A stretch of 64,000 nt of DNA, from NCBI RefSeq assembly GCF_037042905.1, contig NC_087263.1, forward strand, positions 6,510,001 through 6,574,000, given 5' to 3'. Positions 13,721 to 28,900 of the stretch are shown piece by piece. The DNA comes from Lytechinus pictus (taxonomy: Eukaryota). A program made the translations under genes and the position numbers. Below the pieces are notes generated by a model, which did not search any database, was not told the origin of the DNA, and saw nothing but the letters and a program-made list of their open reading frames with translations. The stretch's first letter is position 1, and the number at the start of each line of letters is the position of its first letter.

Positions 13721-13903
13721 TTAGTTATTATTTTCGTTGTTATGGGAACCAGTGGGCGTGGCAATGGCGGATAGTCTGTTGGTATCGACGGTGTTTTGTT
13801 TCCTCTTCGAGTCGTCGCTCCGAAACGCTTTGAGATTGAACGAACTCCGTCGAGAAAACGAATTCCGCCATTCGACTTTCCTACGCTTAAAGGTATTGCG
13901 TAC
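13721..13903 (-). CDS. aGPCR exon 16: helix 8 and C-terminal tail (VRNTFKRRK...NNENNN*)
   Basis: Acceptor ttaatag at 13904; continues HCLLNSE|VR; TAA at 13721-13723. Confidence 0.85.
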   Translation of the reverse strand, partial: VRNTFKRRKVEWRNSFSRRSSFNLKAFRSDDSKRKQNTVDTNRLSAIATPTGSHNNENNN

Positions 13904-16900
13904 CTATTAAGAGCAAAACAGAAACAAGGAAAAAGCAAAGTTAAGAGGAAGACAGTGGTTGTGAGACTTAAATAGCGACAGAGATAGAGAAGGGCGGGGA
14001 CATGGAGGATAGGGAATTATAAGTCTATACACACTTTTTTCTTTTTTTTTCTTGTATTTGACACTTTTTGAGAAAAAAATTAGGAAAAAATCTGATCACT
14101 ATCAAAATGGTTACTTTATCGATAGTGATCACAAACATAATGCAGTACAACAATTATTTAGTAACGATTCATATTGTTCATGTTAAACGGGGTTATTTTG
14201 CAACAGCTGCAGTGTGCTCTCCGTATCATTGATGACAATGAAGGTATTAACAATAAGCAAATATTTGTATACAGTAGACAATAATGACGTAGTCGATTTG
14301 AATAATTTGCATCTTAGCTACCCCCACCTCCCCCCCCCACACACACAAAGGGAAAAGAAGAAAAAGGAGCATATTTAGTCTGCTGTGCAAACCCTTCACT
14401 CGAATGAAGGATTCGAATGTTTAGTTTAAAAGGACATGTGAACTGAAATTCTTCTCGCTGAAATGAAAACAGCAAGTTTAATAAGTGCTAGTCTTGTGTG
14501 AAGACCCACTTCTTGAACAAAGTTTCAATCAGGGTCTGTGCCTGGAGACTAGATGGGAATAGGGGCAAAGAAGAAAAAAAGGGATGAACGTGAAAGATCG
14601 ACAAGGGGGAATCCAAATGGAACATACCTCTGAATTTAAGAGACAATGAAATACGAAAATGAAAAATCCTTGGAGAGAATTGCAGATGAGAAAGAGGTAC
14701 ATGAAGACGAGCGTTGATTGGTCCTGCCACATTATGCCAAATATCCACGTCAAACCCATTACCGGTAGGAGAATCACGCAGGCCTTCACGCCGTGTCTTT
14801 AAAAAGGCAAATATGAAACAATCAAGGATGATTAAGCAGCAGTTACAATTGTTAATAGATGATGATAATTATTAGAAAATGCATCCTACCACCACCTTAC
14901 ACTTTTTAGTTTTTACTTTATATTTTCCTTTTGGTATGCACGTTCACTCTTATAATTATTGAATTGCAATATATACCACTGTTTTTATTTCATATCTGAT
15001 TTTTTTTTACCAGTTGTACTGCTATGAATGTAAACCAATATATTGTATATACACAATTCAGTCTTTTGGCTGCGAAGTGCAGTAATAATAAAACATTTTT
15101 AATTCATTTCAATTCGATAGTACATAGAAACAGATGATCATAATTCAGCCAATATACTCAATGAAATATTGAATGATAATATATTTTACTCATTTATAAA
15201 AATATTGATATCGCATAAAGCATTCCAAACATAATTATGCGGTTAATCATTTGTTCAACTGGGTAAAAAATAAACTCCTGAATCATTATTTGGACTTTGA
15301 GAGAGCAGGAGGAAAAATAGTGAGGAAGACTCATACACCTGCCCATGACGCTCTGTTTGAAATGTAAGCGAGAATGTAGGAGGTTATTATTATCATTATT
15401 ATTGTTGCTGTTATTATTGCTATTTCATTGTTAATATTATTATTATCATTAATAATATTGATATTATTATCATTACTATTATCCTTATGATGATGATTAG
15501 TATTAGTATCATTTATTCTTATTATTTTCTTCCGAGGATCGAAGCAGGGTTGCAGGCACTCTACCACTGAGCCCCTACTGCTGGTATGCAATGGACAAAT
15601 TATGTTCAAAGGCATACTCACCAACAAGTGGGTAAACCTGAAACAAAGACACGTTTACTCACTTTGCCCGGGTGATCCGGTTATTGACAACCGTAGGTCC
15701 GCCAGCAAGCTTAATGATCTCGAACACGACTCTTGAAACGAAGTAGACGTTGAGAGCAATGATGGTCAGAATCGGGACGACGAAGAACCAAATCGAGTCG
15801 TCTTCTCTTCTTAAAAAGCATCTGAAAGAATAGAGGATAACATTTTTTTGGCAAACGAAAAGAGATAAGAAAATGGTCCGTTTAGTCGAGACCCAGCTCG
15901 TTAAAAAAGTATATTTTTCATACTTCTGTTTTCTGATCGAGAACCTAACTTTCCCGGCACAAAAATAAACACGAAATTACATCAGGCATATCATTTTTTT
16001 CAAATTTTTGAAATGTCTATATACATGTATACTATTTCGAAACGCTATTTGAAAATGTTCTCCATATATTTTGTAAAACTGTAGTCACGTAAAGAAAAAG
16101 TATTTTTTCAACGTCACTGGCTCATAGCTGACTATGATTTTTTAAATAATTTGTTTTCTTTTTGAAAAAAGAAAATGGATAGAGTTTGGATAATGGTCAA
16201 ATGTAGGCCGATTAGAAAGGCTGCTATACTCTGCGTAGTCTATTTAGGTTCTTAGTCTACCGCCATCTCGTGGTAAGCAATCGATCTGTAAAACATCATA
16301 ACCATTACATTCCCATTTTCGCCATCGCCGTTGGAATGAGAACTGATGTATCTCTCATTGTAAATACATTCCAATAATCCAATATTTGTGTTCATACTTA
16401 CACAGGATTGTCATGTGTTGTTACGTCATCACCAAGCTTGCATTTATAAAACGCAAGGGTTGCTGACAAAGGAATGATCGGGCATACTAGGATGAAAATA
16501 AAAAAGGTATATTATGTTAAAGGTGAAGATCACCCTGACGGAAAGTTCGGTGTCAAAATAGCAAAATATCGATGAAGGTTCGAGGAAAATCCATCAGAGA
16601 TAAAGAAAGTCATTAGATTTCAAACTTCTTGATTTGTGACGTTACGGGCAGCTGCCCCATATGTTATAAAATATAATATCAATAAATACTTAATTTTTAA
16701 TTTTTCGTGGTGACTCATATCTTTGTTATTTCAGGAGCAGGTGTGAAATGATTTGTCTATTAATATACTGAAGGCACAATAAAAAACATGTTCAATCTTA
16801 TTAGAAAAAGACATTTCATTGATTGTTATACCATCATGAACATTATGTGGGGAAGCTGCTCCCTCGTGACGTCACAGATCAAATAATTACGATTCTAATT

Positions 16901-19900
16901 ACGTTTTCATTCTTTGATGGTTTTTTCTCAAACCTTCATCAATGTTTCATATCACTTGTTTTTCCTATTTTTATAATAAACTTTTTGTCAGGGTGAATTT
17001 CCTTTTCAGGATACATTTACGTTTTTCCCCTATTCTGTGACCCAGTGTATTACTCTTCAGACCTTAAAAAAAACCGAAACACATTAGTACATAAATGATA
17101 TTATAAACGGATGCTTTCACCAGAAAACAACTTATTATGCGAGCACGGCATTCATTTCAGTCGGGTCAGAACATGGTCTGAAATCAAGACTATAACTCGT
17201 CAACCCCGTGTGCAAAGCTAGGCTGCATCCACATTAGGGGGGCGTTTCATCAATATTGTCGTCCCACAAGTTGTCAGATCTGACAATTTTCCTGGATTCT
17301 GATCGGTTGAGAAGCACTATTACTATAGTAACTGTCGGATAAAATAGGACTTGTCGGATAAAACGTCCGACAAGTCCTTTCATGAAACGCTCCCCAGATC
17401 ATGATCGCTCCATGATCAGACACACTGAAGATGAACCTACAATATTAAGTGCTCCATTCAGTTTTGGAGAGAAAGCAATCTTGTCCAATTGTTATGGCAG
17501 TCTTTTATAATCATGAATCAAAGACTCGTCAGCACTTCAAACAACCTAGTGCCTATGGAAAACGGCAATTATGTGGGGCAACTCGTAGATTTGAGTGGCA
17601 AGCTAGTTTACTATCTTCCAACCCGGTAAGCAGTGTCTATGCCCGGGGATTAATGGGAGTAACAAACACGTGCAATGCAAAAGCGCACACAATTTTCCTA
17701 ACGTAAATGATTGAATAAATAAATAAAGAAATAGATAAAAATAAAGAAATAAACAAATAGATAAATAAATAAAATGAATGAATAAATAAATAAATAAATA
17801 AAGGAAAGTACTGATACGAGAAAGGACGATGACGTTCCACGTGACTTACGCCAGCCAATCACAAGATATATCTTAATTCTGCTTCCTGGTTTACTGAAGA
17901 CCACAACGGCCTGTAGAAAAAGATTGACGCCCTCTATCAACATCCAACAAAATGCAGACATGAAGAAATAGTAGAGTAGAGAAGCTTTGACCGTGCACTG
18001 GACCTATATTCATATATCAAAATAAAAAATAAGCAATAAATAGGTAATGATAAAAATAATAATTATAATGATACTAATAACAATTGTAATAATACTAATG
18101 GTAATACGTATATAATAATGATACTGATAATAATAGTAATAATATCTTGTACTCATATTCTTTTTTTTTTCTTTTTTCTTAGCGCTTTATGTCTTTCGTA
18201 TAAAGCGCTTTATAAATGTTATAAATTATTAAGTTTCATAATAATAATAATAATAATGGAAATGATGATGATAATGATAACAATAATAATAACAATACGC
18301 AGTTCCAGTACACTTTGACCAACAGGCAATGGGTTAACAATGCACTGATTTTTCAATATAAACAAAATACAGACATGAATTCCTTTAATAGGCCAATATT
18401 ATAATTTTGATAATTATAATAAAGATAATAATAAAAACAAGAGCAATAATGATAAAAATTACAATGAAAACAATAATAGCGATAATTATAATGATGATTA
18501 TAAAATGAGGATAAAGATAATTACACTTGCTTATATAGCGCTTATAGGGGAAGTTCGCCCTAACAAAATGTTTATTGTACGAATAGCAGAAAAAATTATT
18601 AAAAATATTGGTGTCGGTTTGAGGAAAATCCATCAAAGATTGAAAAAAGTTATTAGAAATCAAAGTTTTTGTTTTGTTACATCATAGACGAGCAGCTACC
18701 CCATATGTTAGGTAATATAGAATGCATGAATTTCAAATTTCCAATGGTTTGTGATGACTTTTTTAAAATTTCCTTCACGAGCGGGTGTGAAATGATTTGT
18801 CTTTTGATGTACTAAATGTACAATAACAACTATTTTCAATTTCCTGAAAAGCGACAATTCATTGACTTTTTACCATTTGATATGTGGGAAAGCTGCTCGC
18901 ATATGACGTCACAAAAAAATTTTAATATATTTTTTTTTCTTGGATAGATTTCCCTCAAACCTTCACCAATATTTTCTAATTTTTTTTTTTTTTCTGTTTT
19001 CACAATAAACTTTTGGTCGGTGTGAAATTCCCCTTTAAGCCTTCCCCTAGGCGCTCTACGGTAATGCAGCATAATTAGTCCTCAAATTGATTCCGGTAAA
19101 ATAGGATCAACCAGACCTGATACTTGGTGGGAGTGTCTAAAAACAGGATCATGATCTGGCCCAGTCCCACGGCGAGAGCCAAGTTGATATGGATCATTAC
19201 CCGGTCTGATTTGAGACTAATAAAGGAAATATAGAAAAGAGCTATCAGGTTAGAGTAAAGAAAATGTTAAACAGCCCCATGTATTCTAAATTCAAGCTCG
19301 CTAAACTTTAAAGAGAATATTGAAAACACTCATGCCTTGGAACCTATCGAAATATGTATTTTTGAGGGCTTGTATTGTTTTCATTTTTGTATTAACGTAT
19401 CGAAATATGTATTTATTGCGTCCATTTTATGTTTTTCTCATAGCTGCCAAAATACCTATTTTCGGGAGTAGAATTTAACCAATATTCGCAGTCCTGAGGG
19501 GGTCGCATTTCCCCCCCGTATTGTTATTCTTAATCGTAGTCGTCTTCCTCTTGAAAATACAGAAACAGATGCCTTTTGTCTTGTTTTTACCAGAGACTTC
19601 ATGAGCACAATCATGGGTTCGTTTAGAGCCGTATCCACACAATTTACAAGGAAGTAGTTTTATATTTCACATTTTTAAACTAAATTTGTAACTGTATAAT
19701 TATTATATGAGGAAGATGTCAGATTAAAGCAGACGATGGTTGTTTCTTGTTCATAGCCGACATTCTGAAGCAAGGGCTTTTAAGCAATAAATCTTTCTTA
19801 TAGGCCTTCTGGCAGGTGTTACCTTTATTTTTTAATCAAGCTGTTGAAATCCACTCAACATAATGGTAATCGTCTGAGTTGAATTGACAAGAAGAATGCA

Positions 19901-22900
19901 AATAAGTTTAGACAAATTCTGACTATTTATAATAGCAATGAGACGTTGATCATTGTAATAGCAATACTTAACCCTAACTCTCCCGGGGTATTTTGATTCT
20001 TGTCCTTCCCGGGGGGGGGGGGGCCATTATGGCCCCCCCTTAAGATCTCGGCCGCCGATCGCGCGAGCGACGCAAAAATTTGCACGCTGGTAGTGTGCGA
20101 TGTAATCTACAAGGCTGTATGGTAAAATTTTCCAAAATAATGAGATTTTATTTTATATGAATTAATTATGCTAATTTATGCATAAATCATACTTTTTGCT
20201 CTAATTCACTAAATAAAGCTCCTAAAGTGCTATTTTTTTGTAAAAATATTCTTTGTAGCATTCTTAACAATCGCATTAAAAAAAAAACTTCAGTTTGGAA
20301 ATCAATTTATTATGTATTTTATTGTTTTATGAATTTTATATGTATTTCTTTGTTTTTTTACTTTGTGTTTTTTATTGTTTTTTCAATGGAAATTGTTCCA
20401 GACTTAATTCTGATCATAAACAAGGCAAAATTAATTAAGTTTAATCAGTAAAAGTAGAAATAATGATACATTTATGAATTTTGGCTAAATACACAATTTG
20501 CATTGGATTTGTACATGAAATCAAGTTTATGAGCAATTTTGGGTCTGACATGTACTTACATAATGTTGCGTAATGTCGTAACCGTGTACCCGGGCGTCAC
20601 AAATTTGGGCTCAAAATTTGCGCGAGACTTGAAAGTAAAAAGTCAGTTAGCGGCGAGGTCAAAAAAATTTGCGCAGCAGATATATCGCGAAAATTGTCGA
20701 GGGGGGGGGGGGGGCATAATGGCCCCCCCGGGAGAATTAGGGTTAAAATAGTATATAATAGAATCATCATTATCAGAATAATCGTTATTCTCACTATCAT
20801 AAGCCTAATTAAAATGCGCTAAAGAACAAATCTTTTAAAAATATCAACAAAATATTAATAAAAAATGATAGAGTGTAAACAATTTTTCTCTAAAATTTAA
20901 TTAGTTGCTAAAAAAATGAGTTGAGCACTTGAATGAAGCCCTTCACTTACCTAAGGATGATGAATGAGAAGATTGTGAAGAAGGCGCCCGCTATAGATAA
21001 TCCGCATCCAATTGACGTAATCACGTTTGCTGCGAGTGTATCGGCGGGAGAAAGCTGCTGACGGTATAACAGGTGAGGGGATAGTAATTATCTTAGTTGG
21101 TAAAATAGGTTTAAAGGTAATCGATACTTTGTATGTCATGTAAACAACACTTAACAAAACATCGATTATGATTATCATTAAATTACAGATAATGGCTAAA
21201 TTATAGTTTTACATTCCAATGCTCTGGTTGGCCACCTGATTGACGTCATGTATTTATCATGCATCAATGATCACCATTCTCATTTGAAGACCATGGAAGA
21301 TTACATTTGTGACAACTAAATACTTGAATTAAAGGTCATACCTTTAGATAATCCTAGCATACATGGGAGTATGAAGATCCCGATTTAAACTTACTCCATT
21401 GCAATGTTGGAATTCGTTATTTATTCTTGAACGAATAGATTGAACGTGTGTAAGTTCTACAGAGTAGCCGATGGTTTACATTGTTGACTATTATTCAAGA
21501 GGAACATACAAATCCCCATAATTAAATTCATTCTTTATAAGGAATCTTAAAAAAGTTTTTTAAAACACAATACTAGATTCAATCAGAGGCTGACGAAAGT
21601 GGTTGTGGCATAATAAACCCTCAAAACTCCCATACACACACTCACTAATCACTTATCACTAAAACATAATTCAACACCTCAGCCCAGGCGGTGATTTCAT
21701 ACTTTTTGCAGCAGTCACTGGATAGGACGTTTCACCTGTACGTATCTTGGAAAAGGGCTGATTAAACCAGATGAAAAAAAAAACCCGAAAAGACTAACGT
21801 GATATTCATTTATTTGCATCAGGACAGCAAAGTTAGTAAGATGATCGCAGGCGCACTCGACTACCGACGAGTTGACGAATTCAGGCCAGCATCCTTCCTG
21901 AGACCAACCGCTGAAATAAATGAATAAAAATCATTAATCGTACCGATGATATGATGTTTTATATTTTTCACTTTTTTATTGGCCTTTAAATAGTATCTAA
22001 TTTCCACACTAGTAAAATGATACACGTGATCGTGAATATTTGATAATTTAAAAACAATTATGGCGTGCACCGAGCAAACAATGATTGACGTAAAACCTGA
22101 AAAAATGAGTCGAAATATAAATTATAGATTACATACCGTGTGTTGGATACAGATGGATAGAAAACACAGACAAAGAGTAAATCTTTGAGTGTTAATGCAT
22201 TCATTTCCAACAAAAGTTTATTTCCAAGTAATTTCCCAATTTTCGACGCAAACCTCGCGTCTTCGTCATGGATACAAAACTCACAATGACAAGATATATA
22301 TATCACAATTGGTTCGGTCAAATACCGTGAGTAAATACGTAAAATATAAAAATGTTAACAGGAGTGTAGCTCTCAAAAAGGAAAGGTAAGGTCACATTCT
22401 TCGCCAGTGACCATGGTGTGACAAAAAAAGGGTATTTAATCCTTTGTATTTGCTTGAATAGTTATATGCATCCCCTCATGAATATGCAATGAGCAAGCTG
22501 ATTATGGCATATCCTAATTCGGTTGTATATTATTAAATGATACATTATATATTTAATCATTGTCCGATTAGAGTGAAATGAAATATTGTACGAGATATTC
22601 ATTACTGCAACTTATTTCGTTAACATGAAACATTTAATACATACATGCATGAAAATATCAAATACAAAATTGTGATTTCTTGAAAATATTAAAGTATAGG
22701 GACGTTGAAAATGAAGCATTTAATACACACATGCATGAAAATATCAAATACAAAATTGTGATTTCTTGAGAAAAATTAAAGTATAGGGACATGACATAAA
22801 CAGCCAACCTAATGAATATACGTCGTGCATATACGGTATATGCAACTGTTTTCACAAAAATATTGCTAAACTTTAATTTATAATTAAACTTTGTTACATG

Positions 22901-25900
22901 TTATCAACTTGATAAAATTACCAGCGTTTTACTCGGCGAATTTCACTCCCATTATTTATATATACATGTACGTGACTATATTCAGCCCCGCGTTTTTTAA
23001 TGAAGTTTTTATGAAAAGGGGTCTGCTGACACATGGCAATTCACTGAAACAATTGCTGGGTATCAATTCACAAAATCATAGCAATATTCGTTAAAAAAAA
23101 AAGAACATGATCATGTATCGGGTAACACTTTTCACACTTCACGGCAAGCACCGCATGACGGAATAATCAATCTCCTATGAAAGTCTAGGACTCGATGCGT
23201 TCCTCGTCGAAAACAGATGTCAATAAACATAGGGGTCTAAGAATGATCAGAGTACTAGAGTTCGTAAGCCGATGTGACAATGTCAAATAAAATTTCAAGA
23301 ACAAGTCAGCGGGGTTCTCACCTTCTCCCAACGAATTTATTATTATGAAGAATATCACACTTACCGTAGGGTGTGATTCCAGAACGAACAGAGGGCAAGA
23401 CCGTCGGCAAAGCGTGGTGGCTGTTGCCATGGTGACATGATCGTATTACCGAAGAGGAAAGAGTGAAAGTGGTAAATAGCAGATGTGAGACAATTAGAAT
23501 GAAACCACGAGTGGAATATCAGACAGTTGAGAACATGATGATAAATATTATGTTGAAAATTTTAGGCCTAAAATTTGTGAGGTGAGTGCGGCCACTGCGA
23601 GTGTGTGTGGGTGAGGGTGCACTCGCGAGTGTATTGCGTGTTATATGTGTCGGAGTGTGTGCATGTATGTTTGCCGGTGAGTACGCATGCCTGAAAAATA
23701 TATCAAAGACGAAAATAGGCTTATGGGGTGAAATAGAGTGAGACGACAATTCAAGACAAATTGTGATATATTTTCTAAAACCACGATTTGTGAAATTATT
23801 TTGTAGGCCCAACACATATACATTAATCATGAGAATCGATTTTTAGGCCGCCTGTCCTTGTTTTTTTTTTTTTGTTGTTTTCTGAAAGTTTTACATGAAT
23901 AAAGTCCGAAGTTGTATATTATAGCTCTACTGGAAGACAAACAAACAGATCAACAAAAATGCTAGACTTTCATATATCATCACCAGAATTGAAGTTTCAC
24001 ATACGACAGGGAAGACTTCATAATTCCATACTGTCAATTTTACAATGCAATCAAACCGTTGTGTTTCGAAAGGCATGTACTTATTGGGTGTCGTCAGCAA
24101 AGTACACTAACTTTCGATTCGTGACTCGACTCCTAAAATAGCAAGTTAAGTTTTAAAGGATAGCTGCACCAATAGAAACCATGTTTATGTAAGACATTTA
24201 GCAAAAAAAAAAAGAAATCGAGGCCAGTGACAATTATCAATAAACTGTAAGCATGTAAACAATTATTATCAATGAGCCAAACACTTAAATCACAATGGTT
24301 CCCAAATAATCCAAAGTAAGGATTTATTTTGGCAACGAGATGACGAAATATTCAAAATGTTTCCTTTGTGGTATTGAAATACAGTATCCCTTACACATTC
24401 ATATGATGAATAAACCAGTCATCATTAAAATTTACCAGGTAACATGAAAAGGGAATATATTTCAGTTTGCATATTGGGAAAGAGCTTGCTTTTGTTTTTT
24501 TCTTAACCTGGATGATTAAAATTTCAATCCTATGTTTCTCGCGCTTATTTGCAAACTTGATTTAGGTCATTTTATTTTAACTATTATGTATATGTGTGAG
24601 GATGTGTGTGTGTGTATATATATATATATACATATATGTATACGTGTATATATGTAATATATAAACAATTGGTCAGTGTACGTGTTTGGTCCTCTTCTGC
24701 GGGATGGGAGATGGGGATGTCATAATAACCATTTGCTCTTGCCCCATACACCCTTTAAAGTTTATGATTTTAAGCACCTTATAAAATCGATGGACATGAA
24801 TATATTAGTACAGCGTATTCGAAATTGATTAAATCACACTTTTGATACGTAGAATTCATTTCCTTAGTGTTTTTAGTGATAAGGGATCAATAATATTTTC
24901 AGGTAATGTAGGTGATGCAAACGGAAATACAATCGCTATGAGAGGTAGCACTTTCCATGAGTATAGAGGCATTTTTTTTATTTATTTTGCTCTTAGGGGG
25001 TTGTTTGCTTTGTTTTATGTTTAGTTTGTTTAAGATTTTCCATTTAACATGTTTCTACTCAAGCTTCTATGTTTTAATTGGTCATGTCCAATAGATGTAT
25101 TCTGACTGAAAGAAGACGAGTTTTTAAACTTAAAATTGGAAAATACAACTTTGAAAGTTGGGAATATGACGAGGACACCAATTATCAAAGTTCTGCTATC
25201 TAAGTCTTTATATAAAACATTGATGGCCGATTTTGGTTTGCTAAATTTAGCGTGGACACGTCAAAATCGTGTGTCAATGGCATGTGACAAGGAGATATTC
25301 CTGTTTACACTGTCCAACTGGGACTTTGCACGTGACCTATAAATAATGTGTATGTGACCTGTCTGACCACGATGTAAGGTATACTCTGCTTTCTAAACAT
25401 CGTCTGCAAATATTTTGTCTCTGACAATTGAATTTAGCCATCGTAACATGCGAATGGTATTCCGCCCAATAAGTCTTGACTATAGTACAAGTTGCTTCCT
25501 GCCGACAATAATCCGAAACCAGGACCTGCTCGGTTAATGCCTTGTCAAAACTTGTTACTCTACAAACTAACAGAAGCCAACAACATTCGTGGACAAACAT
25601 CTTCTCGTTACCATGATAAAAATGAGAGCAATGCATACATTTTTTTTATTATTATTACATCAACATGATCATGGTGACAAGCAACGAGTTGTTTGACGAG
25701 GTGATGGTTGAAGAGGAAAAGGGAGAACAAAGAAGTGTCATTTTTTACCCATCTTACTGCAAACGGGGAGGGGGGAGTACAGTGTGTCCACAGGAATTTC
25801 ACGTAGAGCACCATTTAAAGCTGTGATGCACACTTTTGAAATGCTCAAATTGAACCTTGTGAAGATGATTTCGTTATATGTTTCACACTGATGAAAAACA

Positions 25901-28900
25901 TGTGTACCATATTGTTCTTTCTAGAAAGGATTGTTCTAAACTGTGATAAGCTCGGGACAAAAACCAGGGGAGGGAGCGAGTAATGAGTTCGATGCTTAAA
26001 AGGGGGGAACTGGAAAGTGTTTCTGAATTAGATGCGTAAACATCGATGTGGGAAAAAAAAGTGTATCCCATGAGTGTGTTTCTCAGATATGCTTATGTTT
26101 TGTTTTTAGAAATATTTCAAGAGTCACATTGAAATGTTATTCGATAGCAAAACAAGAAAATCACAATTATAAACAACTTAAATTGTGCAGGAATTATAAT
26201 AACAATCTCTACTTAGTTTTGCAGAGGCAAAGGGAACATTTTGTGTGTGTAGCTCGATCCCGTTTTATTTCTTTCTTATTTTGATAGGTGAAATAATACT
26301 CTCTAAATGGAAAGAACTAATCTGGGCTCCGTAACACCAAGAATAGCGATCAATCGCTAAATGAACTGACCAATCAATACGAATGTTACACGTGCATTTG
26401 GTTTAAAATACTGACCAGGGACAAATCAGTGCGGTTCTTTCATATTTGCAATCCATCGCAAACCTTTGTGTTACGGAGCCCAGCAGATCCCAAATCACAC
26501 TCCTCTCTGAGTGAGACGAGGGACCAGTCATTTTGGAGTGGGTTTTACATCTTTTGAGAGTGCATTATAGCTCTTTCTGGAGTGAACAGTGTATGTTTTT
26601 AGACATTTTCAATCCAGAAGGAGCTGTAATGCACTCTTCCATTCCAGAACGACTGGTCTCTCGTCTCAGTCTGAGAATAGTGTGATAGGGGCCAGATTAG
26701 CTTATTTGCATTTAGCGTGTAGCATGATAGCATGACCATGACTACTCATTTAGCACGCATGGTTTATTACTATATACATACTCACCAATTTTTGCATAGG
26801 AAACACCATGCCGACAGGGGAGGGAAGTTTTAGTTCTGAGGCCACTGAGGGGTATAGGCTCAGGCTAAGAACCTGGCTGCCGACCATCTCCCGGTCACCA
26901 GATGGGTCCAAGGCCCTTGATATGAGGAAAAAAATAATCATGAACTCGAAAGAGCTACTAGATTGGCGATCGACCCGATAAAGACTTGATGGCTTTGCTT
27001 ATAACTCTTTCGTGTATTCCTGAAAAGAAGACAAAATCCTTGTGGAAAACTCGTTTAAACTTTCGTGACCAATATATGAATCATTTCATAAATTCTTTAA
27101 CAATTAAGAGCTTATACCAAAACAAGAGAGAAGATATGGAAAATTTGGAAATGGCAAATCAGTCGGCCTACTTTTTTTATCCATCCCACCTCGCCCCCTC
27201 CTTCCTGTGGTTTTGAATTTGCGAGAATAACATATTATTTTGAAAATGGTCTCATTATTTCATTCAGAATGAAATGAGGAACCGATTTAAAAAAACAGAT
27301 CGGCGATCTCGATCAATAAAACAAAACTTCAGTTCGTCCATAAGAATCAAGCAAGAAAGTATAGAAAAACATTATATGTGCCACTAAAGGGTAAAGAGAG
27401 ATTGTAAAACTTACTCGGAATCATTAGAAGTTGAACAATTATCGATTCTTTCCCCGAGATTCCGAAAAACAATCGATATTATCGCCTGGGTTTCCAGTTC
27501 TTGAAGAATCTCCATGCTTATTAGACCCCTCGTCTTCGGCTGGGTCGAGTTGGCGTTGCTTGGTATCGAAATTACTGTAGATGGATCGACACCGGACGAG
27601 TTGATCCTTTTTATTTCTATCACTGTTGCACAAAGGATACAAAAAAACATCGCTATCACTGAGGTCCCTTATTAATGATATTCTGAAACGTGTTTACTTA
27701 ATTAACATATATATATATATAAATATGTATATATATACATGTATATATAAACGTTCCGGGCTCAAGGCATGCTACGCATGCTAAGGACGGTATTAACAAA
27801 GTATTTTATTTAAAGCAGCGAAAATCCCTGTCCCAATATGACGTCGAATCCACCAAACCAAACATCAACATCTTGCACTATTCTAAGGTTAGTAATTCTT
27901 TTTTTATATATCAACTGTTTGATTTATTCAATCCAAGTTATTCACATATTTAAAAAATGTTGTTACTTTATGGCCATTGGAATTTTATTTATTTTTAGCC
28001 AAAAGTACACTTTCCCTAAGAAATCTATTTATACACACCAACTACATGAACTATTATGATAAATAATGTTGTAATGACCCTGTGAACTATACGTATCTTT
28101 AATCATACAGAATCAGAAAAACAGAAAGTCAAGAAGAGCCGGTAGGTATAAAACAATCAAGAATGTAACATGATCTATTGCACCCATGGGGAAATTTTGA
28201 ACTTTTTTTAATCAATTCACTATTTTCGAGGAAAAATATCTGAAAGAGAATGAATGATTAATGTAATTTAAAACTAAGATAGATTAAATGTTAATATGAC
28301 AAGAATAAATCATTATTATCTTACTAAAATGCTTGGGTGAATTCTTGTAAAAGTTATTAGTTTTTTAGAAAAATTTTTGAACAAAAATTGCTTTTCTCAT
28401 TTTAGAATTTTTTTTCACTTATCAGTCCACCCTCTTTTCCGTAATTGCATTTTTTTGTAAATGAGTTGACATTGAGTACATTAAAAAAAGAAAAATACAA
28501 ATACATTCCTCTTTTCATTATTATGTCCCATTATGCGAATTATTCTATAACACAATTGCCTTTTCGATTGATAATGAGAGTATGATTATGATTTTTAGTA
28601 GTTAGCTTTTGAGAACAATGTAATAACTAGAAAAACTATACATTAATGTAGGGCCGGTGTATCACGGGGAGACCCCCCCCCCCCCCCCAACAGAAGGTAA
28701 ATCGAATTGTGAAAAAGGGAAGAGACGAAATGGGAACAGGCAGGGAAGAATAAAAAAATTCAAGCAAGAAGACTGTCCAAAAAGATGTCCTTGTCCTATA
28801 ACTAATTGAAAGTCCTTTTATTCTTATGAGAAAATGTAATATTTTGGGGTATAAAACTAACTTTTCACAACATAAAATGAAAGAAACGTTTTATATAGAA

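Noticed and set aside
25000-25700. Possible RTE-like RT remnant (similar hints at ~45180-45600; a Gypsy-like hint at ~57200-57750)
   Set aside because: Only isolated 3-5 aa motif resemblances amid stops; cannot be supported without a profile search.
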